A DNA stretch of 64,000 bases. It comes from Octopus sinensis (taxonomy: Eukaryota). This document shows, one piece after another, positions 13,240-24,802 of the stretch. The notes below the pieces were generated by a model. That model was not told the DNA's origin. It made no database searches and saw nothing but the letters and a program-made list of their open reading frames with translations. Position 1 is the stretch's first letter, and every line of letters starts with the position of its first letter. The position numbers and the translations under genes were made by a program. The stretch is from assembly GCF_006345805.1 (NCBI RefSeq), contig NC_043008.1:52886001-52950000 (forward strand). The letters run 5' to 3'.

Positions 13240-13535
13240 TCTCTAAAAGCAACACAGCACCCATGACTTTCAGAAACATTTTTTCATGCTCAGAATTGCT
13301 GAAGCGTGGAATAAACTACCTGAATCAATTGTTAGCCGTTGGGACACTACATCCTTCAAAACATCCATGCTTTTTGAAATTCCCCAATAGTACACCTGAT
13401 GGTCTTCCCACTTTTCTTTAAACGGTTCATTCACTGTTCACTTTCTGTGCATTATTCTATGGTAGAGGCACTTGTGGCTACCTTTTCTGCTGAGTTGTAG
13501 TGCACCTGAGCATTGCATATAATAAATAAATAAAC
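13240..13535 (+). mobile_element. 3' end of a CR1/L2-group LINE
   Basis: Translates to STHDFQKHFFMLRIAEAWNKLPESIVSRWDTTSFKTSML, the typical RT C-terminal FFxxRxxxxWNxLP motif, followed by a UTR and a (TAAA)n tail. Confidence 0.75.
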
Positions 13536-13536
13536 A

Positions 13537-13778
13537 AATGCGCCCTTTTAAAGCCTAGCCAGGCTCATGGGCCCAGTTTCCCAGTTTCTATAGCGTATCT
13601 GTTCCCCAGCTGGCGCCAGTCCATCGCAGCGTTACTCATTTTTGCCAGCTGAGTGGACTGGAGCAACATGAAATGAAGAGTTTTGCTCAAGAACACAACG
13701 CATCGCCTTGTCCAGGAATCGAAACCACAATCTTATGATCAGGGTGCTGACACCCTAACCACTAAGCCATGCGCCTCC
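13537..13778 (-). mobile_element. tRNA-derived SINE with a distinct body (CORE/V-SINE-like)
   Basis: Head GGAGGCGCATGGCTTAGTGGTTAGGG...GGTTTCGATTCCTGG, then GTTCTTGAGCAAAAC-type central domain. Confidence 0.7.
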
Positions 13779-14018
13779 ATGAGTATTGTATACAATATCA
13801 TTATATTAAACATACAAAATTGTATTTTAGGATATTCTTTTATTCTTTAATTTGTTTCAGTCATTTGACTGTGGTCATGCTGGAGCACTGCCTTTAGTCA
13901 AACAAATCAACCTCCAGGACTTATTCTTTGTAAGCTTAGTACTTTTTCTGTCAGTCTCTTTTGTTGAAAAGACCGAGTAGGGGTATTAAACTAGGTCCAG
14001 ATCAAGTCTACCAACATA

Positions 14019-14189
14019 GGCACAGGAGTGGCTGTGTGGTAAGTAGCTTGCTTACCAACCACATGGTTCCGGGTTCAGTCCCACTGCGTGGCACCTTGGA
14101 CAAGTGTCTTCTGCTACAGCCCCGGGCCGACCAATGCCTTGTGAGTGGATTTGGTAGACGGAAACTGAAAGAAGCCTGTCGTATATATG

Positions 14190-14222
<33 letters not shown>

Positions 14223-14410
14223 TTGTGTGTCTGTGTTTGTCCCCCTAGCATTGCTTGACAACCGATGCTGGTGTGTTTACATCCCCGTCACTTAGCGGTT
14301 CGATAGAATAAGTACTAGGTTTACAAAGAATAAGTCCTGGGGTCGATTTGCTTGACTAAAGGCGGTGCTCCAGCATGGCTGCAGTCAAATGACTGAAACA
14401 AGTAAAAGAG
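14019..14410 (+). mobile_element. Full-length SINE family B; an inverted family B tail lies next to it at ~13840-13990
   Basis: A box TGGCTGTGTGG, B box GGGTTCAGTCCC, CORE-like CCTTGG.CAAGT, internal (TA)n(TG)n, tail GAAACAAGTAAAAGAG. Confidence 0.9.
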
Positions 14411-14699
14411 AGTAATATCATTAATGGGTTACATTTCATTATAAGATAATGGTTTCTTGCATAAATATTCTGTGTAAGTTTATTAGTTTATAGTCAAGAC
14501 GGAAAAATAAAACGGGTGTGATTATCACACATTTCCCCAGAATATTTGAGATGTAAGCAGAGGGAAAAGGTACAACATGGCTAGGCTGAGGTGAGATGGG
14601 ATGGGATGGGATGGGAAGAAGAACCATTATCCTAAATCTTTCTTCATTTAGTTTTAGCCTCAGTTCTTTTGCCATGAGACATTCTTACGTCATTGATTT

Positions 14700-14743
14700 T
14701 CTCCTTCTCTCTCCCTGATCTCTCTCTTTCTATCGCTCTCTTC

Positions 14744-14780
<37 letters not shown>

Positions 14781-15046
14781 TCTCTCTCTCTCTCTCTCTC
14801 CCTCTCTCTTGTCTATCTATTTCTGTTTACCTCTAACTGTGGATTTTCATCTATATTCTTCTCCTCTTCTTCCCAACCTCTTCCTCTGCTCCTCCTCTTC
14901 CTTCTTCCTCTGATCTTCCTTTTCCTTCTCTATCATCATCATCATCATCATCATCATCATTTTCTTCTTCTTCTCCACCTCCTCCTCATCCCAACCTCTT
15001 CCTTTGCTCCTCTTCCTTCTTCCTCTGATCTTCCTTTTCCTTCTCT

Positions 15047-15093
<47 letters not shown>

Positions 15094-15420
15094 ATTCTCC
15101 TTCTTCTTCTCCACCTCCTCCTCATCCCAACCTCTTCCTCTGCTCCCCCTCTTCCTTTCCCTCCTGATCTTCCTTTTCCTTCTCCATCAACATCATCATC
15201 TTTTTCCTTCTCTTCTTCATCTCCTCCTCCTCCTCCTCTTCCTCTTCCTCCTCCACCCGACCTCTTCTTCTTCATTTTTTTCCCCTTATCACATACCTCA
15301 TCTTCTCTGTAAGTAGCATCAATAACAGATGCTCCATCTTCCTCATCATCCTTTCTTTTTCTTTTTTTTTCTTTTTTTTTTTTTCCTTTTATCTGGTTTC
15401 AGACTTCCAGCTGCAATTCT
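14700..15420. repeat. Polypyrimidine tract containing three higher-order units of 118-136 bp, each with a variable (ATC)n
   Basis: Anchor CCCAACCTCTTCCT recurs at 14872, 14990 and 15126. Confidence 0.85.
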
Positions 15421-15826
15421 GCAGTTTCAGTATTTTATTTATTTAAATGAAACACTGTTTAAAGTCATGTAAAAAATAAAACTTAGCAACAATACTTGGT
15501 TTTTTTTCTGTACATGTGAGGAGGCATATCCAAGCAGCCGAGTGACAGAATCGTTTAAGCATCGGATTGATTGCCTTGTGTTATTTGTCTCACTGTCTAT
15601 GCCCAGCATGGGCAGCTTTTATCAAGAAATGAGCCGCATGAGATCAAAGCTCATCATCAGGTGAGCAGCACTACTAAAAAAAAAATTCAAGGTGGTTTTC
15701 CATTAGGTGTACCTTCCAAAGAGTCTTGCGGGGCACAGTTTGTCAATGATACCTCAGGGCTCTGAGTTCATATCCAATTGAGGTCACCTTTGCTTTTTAT
15801 TTTTTCCTTTCGGGATTGATAAATCA

Positions 15827-16012
15827 TCATCATCATCATTGTTCGACCGTGGTCGAGACAATGGAATTTACCATGCTACGCCAGACTTCATGGTCCATCA
15901 TAGCATTACGGAAGTCCTATTGCTGGATGCCTGTATCCCTGGAGATTACATCAGGGTAGGAGAGTGTGCGCCCTCTGGTATTCCCGGCCGATGCACCAAA
16001 GGAGAAATTGAT
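15827..16012 (-). mobile_element. 5'-truncated RTE-type LINE 3' end
   Basis: Translates to NTRGRTLSYPDVISRDTGIQQ*DFRNAMMDHEVWRSMVNSIVSTTVEQ*, followed directly by a (TGA)n tail. Confidence 0.75.
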
Positions 16013-16354
16013 AAATAAAGTAAATACCAGTCCAGATAGGTGAGTTGGTTGGTTGATTGGTTGGTTGGTGAAATTGTTAGAGCATAAGGCAGGGTACCTT
16101 GTGCTGTCTGTCCTGGTTCTTTGACTTCTTCTGGCAATATCTCAGATGCCACTTCTACTGAATTGTATTGTATTGTCTTTGCTTTTTCTTTGAGCACTGT
16201 TCATTATTATTTCTGGTCAGGGACCACCATGGATAATTCCCAGATGTCCTTAGCATTGCAATGCTACTGAAGGGTGTTTTCTGTTGAAGATAAACTCTAC
16301 AAGCATGGATGTGCTGAGAAACAAAATCATTCTCCTCACTCTTTCAGTGTCTGG

Positions 16355-18610
16355 CAGTGATGGATCTACAATATCGGGGCCCTGAAACTTAAAATGTTAT
16401 GGGGGCCCTCTGTACAACCAGCAACAGTAGGGTAACATCCAACAAGAGTCAAAAAATGTTCGTGCCCTTGCAAGGAACTCCACCTTGAGGCCCTGATAGC
16501 CCAGATGGTAGAGTTGTGATGTTGAGTCCTTAAAAATGAGTCTGAAAGTGAGCCCTCTTTCCATTAGAAATGAGATGTGGGTAATCACTGATATCTTTGT
16601 CGATGTGGTTGTTCCATGGCAGATCACTACAAATATTTTCCAGGCTAAGCCTTATATTTTAGAGTTATGGGGGTTGAAAATTAGGGAAGCATTATATACA
16701 TGCATGATGCATAGTTAAGATACATATGAAAATTACAAAAATACTCTTTTTTCTGTCATTTTCTAGAGACAATATGCATAAGGAATTTAAGTGCTCTTCA
16801 GTCATGGTAGACCGAAATTTATTCTTTACAAAGGAAACCTTTGAGGGAACTCCTTTCTGCTTCACAGCCTGTGATGGTCATTGTCAAGTACAGCTTATGT
16901 GTAGTGGTAATATTAGGGGACACGTCAATTAGTTGTTGCTCATAAATAAGCTGAAGAACTTCTGTACATTGCATTTTAGATGGTGTGTTTTCTTCTGTGT
17001 TCCAGGATTTTCTAAGGTGTAAATACTCATTGAAATAACATTCATTTATTAATTTGTGGTCAATATCATCTTTGTAATGTGATATGATAAGTTTGATACT
17101 GTTCTCATCAAATTCTGAATTGTCCATCGATGCTGAGAGAAACTTGAACCTTTTTGCAATCTGCTTGTATGGGTCCATCATCTTGCTGAACTGGATTATC
17201 AAGCAGTCATTGACTTGATTTAGAACTTTTATCCTATATTTTTCAGCCCCTTTCAAAGATGCCCTATCACTTATTCCATCTACAAATTTCTTTATAATAA
17301 TGCATTTGGAAACATCAGAATAATTTGAGGTGATATATTCACATGAACCTTTTGCTACTGATTCATAATGTGCATTCCTATCGGCTGAATTTTCTCGTAG
17401 TTCTTTAGCAAATGAAAGCAAAGATGCTAGCAGAAGGCAAATTTCAAATACATAAAAACCAGGGGTTTGGAGTTTCTTACTTGTTTTATCAAAACACTTC
17501 ATAACTTCTTCCCAAACAACTGTTAAAACAGCATATTCCAATTTTACCAACTTGTGGTATAAATTCTTTGCATCTCGCTCACATTCAGGCTTCTCTTTGG
17601 AGTCTTCAAACACATGTTTGGGAGTTTGCAAAATATCCTTATATCCATTTTTAATTGCCCGGACTGCTTCATAGTGTACAGACTATCTAGTTACACTTAA
17701 GCTCTTTAGAGAAAAGGCTAGATTGCCTTGTGTGTTCAAAATCCCCCATCTTTAAGGAGATTCAGAAAAGAAAACATACAACTGCTGCAAGATACCAAAA
17801 TAGTCAACAACTTCAGGTACAGTAGACACTGTCTTTTACCAAACAGGGTTGAGTAAACGGCTTGCAAATGGTACATAGTCTGCATACCTGTTAATGTTTT
17901 TAAGAAGTTCTTGCAATCCTTTCTCTGAACCCTTCATGTTGGAAGCATTATTGTACAACTGACCACGGATATTTTCAAGTGAAAGCTTATGTACCCCCAG
18001 AAATTGTTATCTTGTGGAATAAGGTCATGGATGAATGTTTTTCTATTGGCAAAAATGCTAAAAATCTCTGACAGGGTTTTCCATTATAACAGTATTGGAC
18101 CACAATTACCAGCTGGTCAAAATATGTCAAATCAGGTGTAGGGTCAGCAACTGAAAAGTATTTGTACAAGGTGATATTCAAACAATTCTTAAAGTAAAAA
18201 AAATGCTCTGTTACCGAACAGATTGTAAGTCCAAAATTAGGAGTCAAACCCTTTCATTGGTCATTAAATAATGGTGTGAAAATAAGAATTCTTATCTCTA
18301 CTGTGCTGATGTAGTCGTAGACATATCTGACAATAGGCAGGGCCGAAGTTTCCAAAATAATTCAAGTAAACCGAATTATCTGCAGGTCAGTTGTACTTTT
18401 ATTTTTTATGTTACTTCACACCAGCAGAAACAGCAGGTGAACAAATTGTGGCTAGACACAACATGTTTAGACTCTGCGTAGGAGTATGATCTATTGTCCA
18501 CTAAGACTGGTAACAGCTACCTGCATGGCAAAACACAAAAACAAAATAATTGACAGATTTAGGGGCCCTGAAGCTTAAGCTGCATTAGTTTTATGGTAAA
18601 TCCGCCACTG
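16355..18610 (-). mobile_element. Decayed hAT DNA transposon (Tip100/ZMYM1-like)
   Basis: 15 bp TIRs CAGTGATGGATCTAC / GTAAATCCGCCACTG with 3 mismatches; degenerate 8 bp TSD GTGTCTGG / GTGTCCAA; subterminal GGGGCCC motifs at both ends. Confidence 0.85.
16819..18247 (-). pseudogene. Frameshifted hAT transposase
   Basis: Fragments YFSVADPTPDLTYFDQLVIVVQY (first catalytic Asp region), IRGQLYNNASNMKG, and C-terminal PNITTTHKLYLTMTITGCEAERS (hATC dimerisation domain) lie in different frames. Confidence 0.9.
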
Positions 18611-20499
18611 GTGTCCAAGCATTGTTGACCTGTGGGTTTATGTCAAACAGCTGCTGTTGCATGTAGGACAGATCCATCTGTCAGCTGAGTCCATAGTGAA
18701 GATTGCCCCATCAATTTCCTTTAATCAGGTAGATAAAGTAGTTTTCCATTGCCTGGTGGCAGTGGTGAAAGAGGTTGTCTGGTGGATGAGCCTGAGAGGC
18801 ATCAGGACAAAGGCTTTCCTCTTTGGTAGACCCCTCATCCACTTTTTCTCATTTCACTTGAAAAGGAAAGTGAAAGTGGAGAGGAAGGTGCTATCCTCAG
18901 AGAATTTATTGAAAGGTGGGTGAAAGTGCAAAAATGGCAAGAGTGGATGGTACCACCCTGAGTATAGACCTGTGAGACAGGGAACAGGAATTGGAGAGGG
19001 CACTTGCTTTTGGCATTTAGAGAGATCTTGGACAGTGGGGTTCCTTGATTATCCCTAGAAGTACTCTTATGTCAGGAAAATGGTATCATTATCATTACCC
19101 CTTTTTTAAATTCTTGCTATTGTATAATGTGTATGCTTCTTGTCTCTTTGTTTTATTGTTTACTGTGTATACTTTCTATGCATCTATAAATATTTTTTCT
19201 CTCATTTTATTATATATAAACTTCAACACTTGATGTCTGTCTTTGTATTGTTCCCCTCATCCTTTGCTCTGGTGGCAAAGAAAAGAAATCATTGTCATTA
19301 TGATCATCATCAACATCATTATTATCATCATTATCATCAGTCAACTTTGCTTTTCATCCATTCGGAGGTCGATAAAATAAGTACTAATTGAGGACTTGAG
19401 GTCAATGTAATCAACTTATCTCTCCCCCGAAATTGCTGGCCTTGTGCCAAAATTGGAAACCATTATTATTATTATTATTATTTATAGGCATACATACATG
19501 CAGACATATATACATATAAAATAACACAAGGCATTCTATCCGATGCTCCAACAATTCTGACTTGCCTGAGTCAGACAGAATTTGTTGAGGAAGATTTTCT
19601 ATGGGTGGATGCTCTCCCTGTCTCCAACCTTCACCTGTTTTCCAAGTAAGGTAATATTTTCCAATAGCCAGGTATGTCTTTTGCAAAAGAGTGCAAATGA
19701 ACATCACTTGCATGACGATGATGCTCATTGACAACTATCACAAGATGTCAAGACAAGGGTGCACACACACACACATAATATACATACATACATATGTATA
19801 TATACACACACATATATATACATACATCTACAATAATAAATGCAAATGCAAATGACAGTGTGTCATACTTTTTCAATTTTACTCCACCAACCCCCTCTCT
19901 CACTATTCAATGACACTTCTACTATTCCTCATGCTTTACCCCTCTCTCACTATTCAATGACTCTTCTACTATTCTTCATTCTTGGTTTTTTCTTAATCCT
20001 AACATTTTGAAAACAACATTTCTCTAAATATTATAAGTGTATCATGTAATTTCACCATAACACATGCTTCATAGCGTTCAGAACTGAAATACTATTGAAC
20101 TCACTCTCTCATACAATATTACCTCTCATAACTTTCTATCATAAAAATGTTGGAAACTTAAGTATTTTTTCAGATATTAATAAAATTTGACAGACCTATT
20201 TTCATGCCATCAGCTGTCAGAGCTATGGAAACTTAGTACACTCTGACTGCATGGAAACCGGTTCAACTAATTTTATTATTACCTGAAAAAATACTAAATA
20301 ATACTAAATTTAAAACATTTTTATAGTCAAATACATTTAGAGCAATTCCAAACCATAAAAATCACACTTTAAAATAGTGTCTAGTGAAAGTGGTGTAATT
20401 TTCCTTCAAACTACAAACAGGAGTTTAGATATATACCAGCTACAACAAATAATTGTTTGTACGAAAAGTAAGGCCCTGCGTACATCAAATTGTCTTTAA

Positions 20500-20718
20500 C
20501 CCTTTAGTATTTAAACCGGCCATATCCGGCCAAAATATTTAATCTGTTTTATGTTCAAACTGACTGGATCCAGGCTCTCACACCTACCCTACAATGTTAT
20601 TCTACATTAAGTAATTACACCATCAAGATCTTGAAGATATGAGATAATGCATGATTAATTCAAATCAATGTGAATCAATAAGCATTATGTTTGATAGAAT
20701 AATTGGAACACTAAAGGG
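20500..20718 (+). mobile_element. piggyBac-type MITE
   Basis: TTAA TSD on both sides; TIR CCCTTTAGT / ACTAAAGGG; inverted copy at 24113-24333 and partial copy at ~56211-56335. Confidence 0.85.
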
Positions 20719-21217
20719 TTAAATTAAGTGGTGGCAGAAGAATTATCATTGAACTTTTAAGAAGTAAGTTTATTTTTGCCTACAGCCAGCTGTATGTTGG
20801 TTGTTCAAGGGTAGGGAATGGAAACAAGCTATTTGTACTGATTCTGAAGGGGAAGACAAAAAACGTTTATCATGCAGCTTTGCAATGATTCAAAAAATTT
20901 TATCATTGCTTTGATGAAAATTGTTCATTGCTTGAAAAATATTGTTGAAGTTTAATAAAATTTAATATGTATTCAATGAATGAAGTGTCATTGTTGGGTC
21001 CAAGGCCCAATGAAGAGCCCTCCACAGGAGCTAGCTTAAAAGCCGCCCGACATGTGGATGTTAAGCTAGTACATACATACATACATCATTTAAATTTGTT
21101 TATGGGAAACATTTTGAATATGCAAATAGAGATCCTATTCTATTATTCCAGCCACAGTCTAATGATGCTGACTGGTGAACCTGTTTTACGGAGTTGCATC
21201 AAGCTGTACCAATATAA

Positions 21218-21609
21218 TCTCTCTCTCTATAAAGCTGAAGTTGTCTGTGTATGGCAGGTTTGGTAGCCTTCAACTAACACTATTTCCTCTGAGACCCTGC
21301 GGTGTAAGTTGACCAAAATTGAGAGTATGATAGAAGAAGGCTTGCTCTTCCTTCCATAGAAGAAAAAATTCAAATTGGACCATGTTAGCACCAAAAATTA
21401 TTTACATAAAAAATGTGCTTTTTTTCTATGAAAATCCCTATTTTTTACGATTTTTTTACTGCTGTGTCGCCATTTTTCGGTGTATTTCAACCAGAAAAAT
21501 GTTCACTTAAAGAGAATAACAAGCTACATTATGCAAAATTTTTACTTTTCAAAAATTCCAATTCTAAAGGGTTGAAACAAACCCGAGCAACGCCGGGCGA
21601 TACTGCTAG
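21218..21609 (+). mobile_element. Complete non-autonomous Helitron (392 bp)
   Basis: 5' A|TC start; subterminal hairpin CCCG-AGCAACGC-CGGG (21582-21597); 3' CTAG|T end; inserted between A and T with no TSD. Confidence 0.8.
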
Positions 21610-22173
21610 TGTAGGATAAATATAATAGCAATAATCCTGGGATGGAATTTATAAACATTTTATGCGCATTTCCACAGATTACATGTCTCTTAAGATCACA
21701 GTCCATATTCCTGGGATGATTACAGTACAATCCATAATATCCATGGGCATCGGGTTGATCATCTTCATAGTTTCATTTCTTCAGGTGATCTCACATTGAT
21801 GGATGTACAACAGAGGGTTGTTTATCCTTTTTATTACCAGTATGAAGGTTAAGTGAGTTATATGAGTATCTCTGTGTGCATTTGGTGGGGGAGACATGGA
21901 AGATGATGGAAAGAGAGGATAGAATGATAGTTATATAGGGATGGAGGTGTGTGATGGTGTTGGACTTATTTTGCTATTCATTCAGTGGATGTCAAGGATG
22001 GATAGCACATTCTTTTGTTTAATTTCTTTTAAGGCATGACTATGTTCAATAAATTCTGAAGTCAACAGGTCATCTGGTATGTCTACCGTAGGCGTCAGCT
22101 GATGGGGTTCATTGACCAGACTGATAAATGATATGTATATATATATATATATAATATATATATATATCATTTA

Positions 22174-22575
22174 GGTGCAGGAGTGGCTGTGTGGTAAGTA
22201 ACTTGCTTACCAACCACATGGTTCCGGGTTCAGTCCCACTGCGTGGCCCCTTGGGTAAGTGTCTTCTACTATAGCCTCGGGCCGACCAAAGCCTTGTGAG
22301 TGGATTTGGTAGACAGAAACTGAAAGAAGCCCATCGTATATATGTATATATATATATATATATGTGTGTGTGTTTGTGTGTCTGTGTTTGTCCCCCTAGC
22401 ATTGCTTGACAACCGATGCTGGTGTGTTTATGTCCCCGTCACTTAGCGGTTTGGCAAAAAGAGACTGATAGAATAAGTACTGGGCTTACAAAGAATAAGT
22501 CCCAGGGTCAAGTTGCTCGACTAAAGGCGGTGCTCCAGCATGGCCGCAGTCAACTGACTGAAGCAAGTAAAAGAG
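22174..22575 (+). mobile_element. Full-length SINE family B
   Basis: Same head, core and tail as 14019-14410. Confidence 0.9.
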
Positions 22576-22636
<61 letters not shown>

Positions 22637-22649
22637 ATACACACACATA

Positions 22650-23010
22650 CAGGGTGTCCCAGAATTAACTATCTCTTTCAATGAAATCAGGTTAGTTTAT
22701 AAAAACAAAACTGACAGAATTTTGTGTTTATTACTCAATTATGATACCAAAACAAATAGATTTATAAATCTTACAACAAAACTTTATTGAAAATTTTCCA
22801 CATGTGTTCCGTCTGTATCCCTGTAAATTTCAGATCTATCCTTAGTGTTGTGAGCATTTCAGGAGTTATCTCCTGTACTGCTAACCGAATGCATTCTTTA
22901 AGTTCAGCTAAACTATTGCTCCATCCTCAGGAGGGAGGCTGAGAAAATGATTGCAGCCAAATTGAAAAAAGCTGTTGTGGACAGATAAACAGGATGCAAC
23001 AGGAAAAAAA
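22650..23010 (-). mobile_element. Tc1/mariner-superfamily 3' remnant
   Basis: TA|CAGGGTGTCCC terminus. Minus strand encodes SLAELKECIRLAVQEITPEMLT and, after a frameshift, DTDGTHVENFQ*, typical of Tc1-like transposase C-termini. Confidence 0.65.
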
Positions 23011-23081
23011 ATAGAATTATAAGAAAAAATTATAAAAATTATAAAATTATAAACAAAATTAAAAACTTATCCACTTTTAAC

Positions 23082-23471
23082 TTGGATGGAAGCACTCCGT
23101 CGGTTACGACAATGAGAGTTCCGGTCGATCCGAATCAACGGAACAGCCTGCTCGTGAAATTAACGTGTAAGTGGCTGAGCACTCCACAGACACGTGCACC
23201 CTTAACGAAGTTCTCGGGGATATTCAGCGTGACACAGAGAGTGACAAGGCCGGCCCTTTGAAATACAGGTACAACAGAAACAGGAAGTAAGAGTGAGAGA
23301 AAGTTGTGGTGAAAGAGTACAGCAGGGATCACCACCATCCCCTGCTGGAGCCTCGTGGAGCTTTTAGGTGTTTTCGCTCAATAAACACTCACAACGCCCG
23401 GTCTGGGAATCGAAACCGCGATCCTATGACCGCGAGTCCGCTGCCCTAACCACTGGGCCATTGCGCCTCCA
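23082..23471 (-). mobile_element. Full-length SINE family C
   Basis: Perfect 10 bp TSD CACTTTTAAC (23072-23081 / 23472-23481); near-identical to 12139-12521. Confidence 0.92.
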
Positions 23472-23587
23472 CACTTTTAACATATTAAACACGATAAACA
23501 TAAATTAAAAGGAGTTATTTAAAAAATTGTTCAATTTCCCTCAAATACATAGATATGTGGGAAACCACACGCAAACACGTACACACA

Positions 23588-23766
23588 TTAGGTCATCCAA
23601 TAAATAATGCAGTTCTTTCAATTGCATGAACTAAAAGTCAGTGGGGGTGCAGAATAAGCTACCTGCATCAACCTGCTATAAAAGCAGGTAGTGATTTCAC
23701 CTTGTCCTTATTCTTAGTGCAAGTTTTGAAGAGTACAGTTCGATTTTGATAGTTATTTTTTCAAAG
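23588..23766 (+). mobile_element. mariner 5' terminal fragment
   Basis: TTAGGTCATCCAATAAATAATGC TIR; matches the reverse complement of 53350-53537. Confidence 0.75.
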
Positions 23767-24112
23767 CCTACCTACCATCTCCTCCTCTCTTGCTCCCCCC
23801 CACTACAATTTTGCAAACATCCACCCACCTGTCCACACACCTAGTTGTTCCTCTATCCAAGTATATGCCTATTCACCTCATACCTTGATGAGCCATCTGG
23901 ACCTGCAGCTCCTACTGATTATTCTCATTACTGATGAGTAACACTGTAGCTCCTCAATGAGAACCTGTTTTCTTCTCCTTCTTCCTCTTTTTTCATACTT
24001 CAACCCCTCATCTCCTCTCATATATGTAACCCCACCCAAGCTTTGTCGTCTCACAAGCTGCATGGCAACCTCACTAATGCCATTCATCACCCTCATCATT
24101 GTCACCCTTTAA

Positions 24113-24333
24113 CCCTTTAGTGTTCACATTATTCTGCTGAAATTAATGCTTTTTCATCCACTTTGTTTTGAACTAATCATGCATTATCTTGTAGCTATGA
24201 GATTTTGATGAGGTAGCTGTTAATTTTTAAAACGATATTGTAGGGTTGGTGTGAGAGACCAGATCTGGCCAGTTTGAACATAAAACAGGCAGAATACTTT
24301 TGGCCGGATATGGCCAGTTTAAATGCTAAAGGG
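24113..24333 (-). mobile_element. piggyBac-type MITE (second copy)
   Basis: TTAA TSDs at 24109-24112 and 24334-24337; CCCTTTAG TIRs. Confidence 0.85.
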
Positions 24334-24802
24334 TTAAAGTCTGTTTTCTGTGCTGGTATGTGTTGGACAGTTTGACCATTGCTAGCTAGCTGGAGAGCTG
24401 CACCAGGTTCCAGTCTGATCTGGATACTCTCCCTAATACCAACCACTTTATAGTGTGTGCTGAGTGCTTTTAACATGGCACCAGCATGAGTGCTTTTACG
24501 TGGTTCTGACATGAGTGCTTGCCATGTGGCACCAGCACAGCACTCTTGTAGGCCAATCTCCTTCCCTTTTTTTCACCTTTTGCCCTCCACTCCCTGTAAC
24601 CTTTTCCTTTCTCATGAAATGTGGGGCTTCTAGACTTAACCCCTCTCTGGCATGCTGGGTGTCTTTCAAGGAGTCCACTCAGTCACAAGCATGCAAGCAT
24701 TCAGATCACATTTTCAGTTTGAGAATACCTTCCCCCTTTTTTGCCACTAGTCTTAGAGGCCCTTTTACTGGTTAGAGACATTGCCATCCCTTTTGACTAA
24801 AA

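Noticed and set aside
15004-15312. Poly-His/Pro ORF and opposite-strand Gly/Glu/Arg ORF
   Set aside because: Translations of (ATC)n and polypyrimidine repeats.
19891-19985. ~48 bp tandem duplication (similar 87 bp duplication at 42715-42870)
   Set aside because: Ordinary two-copy local duplications with no further structure.
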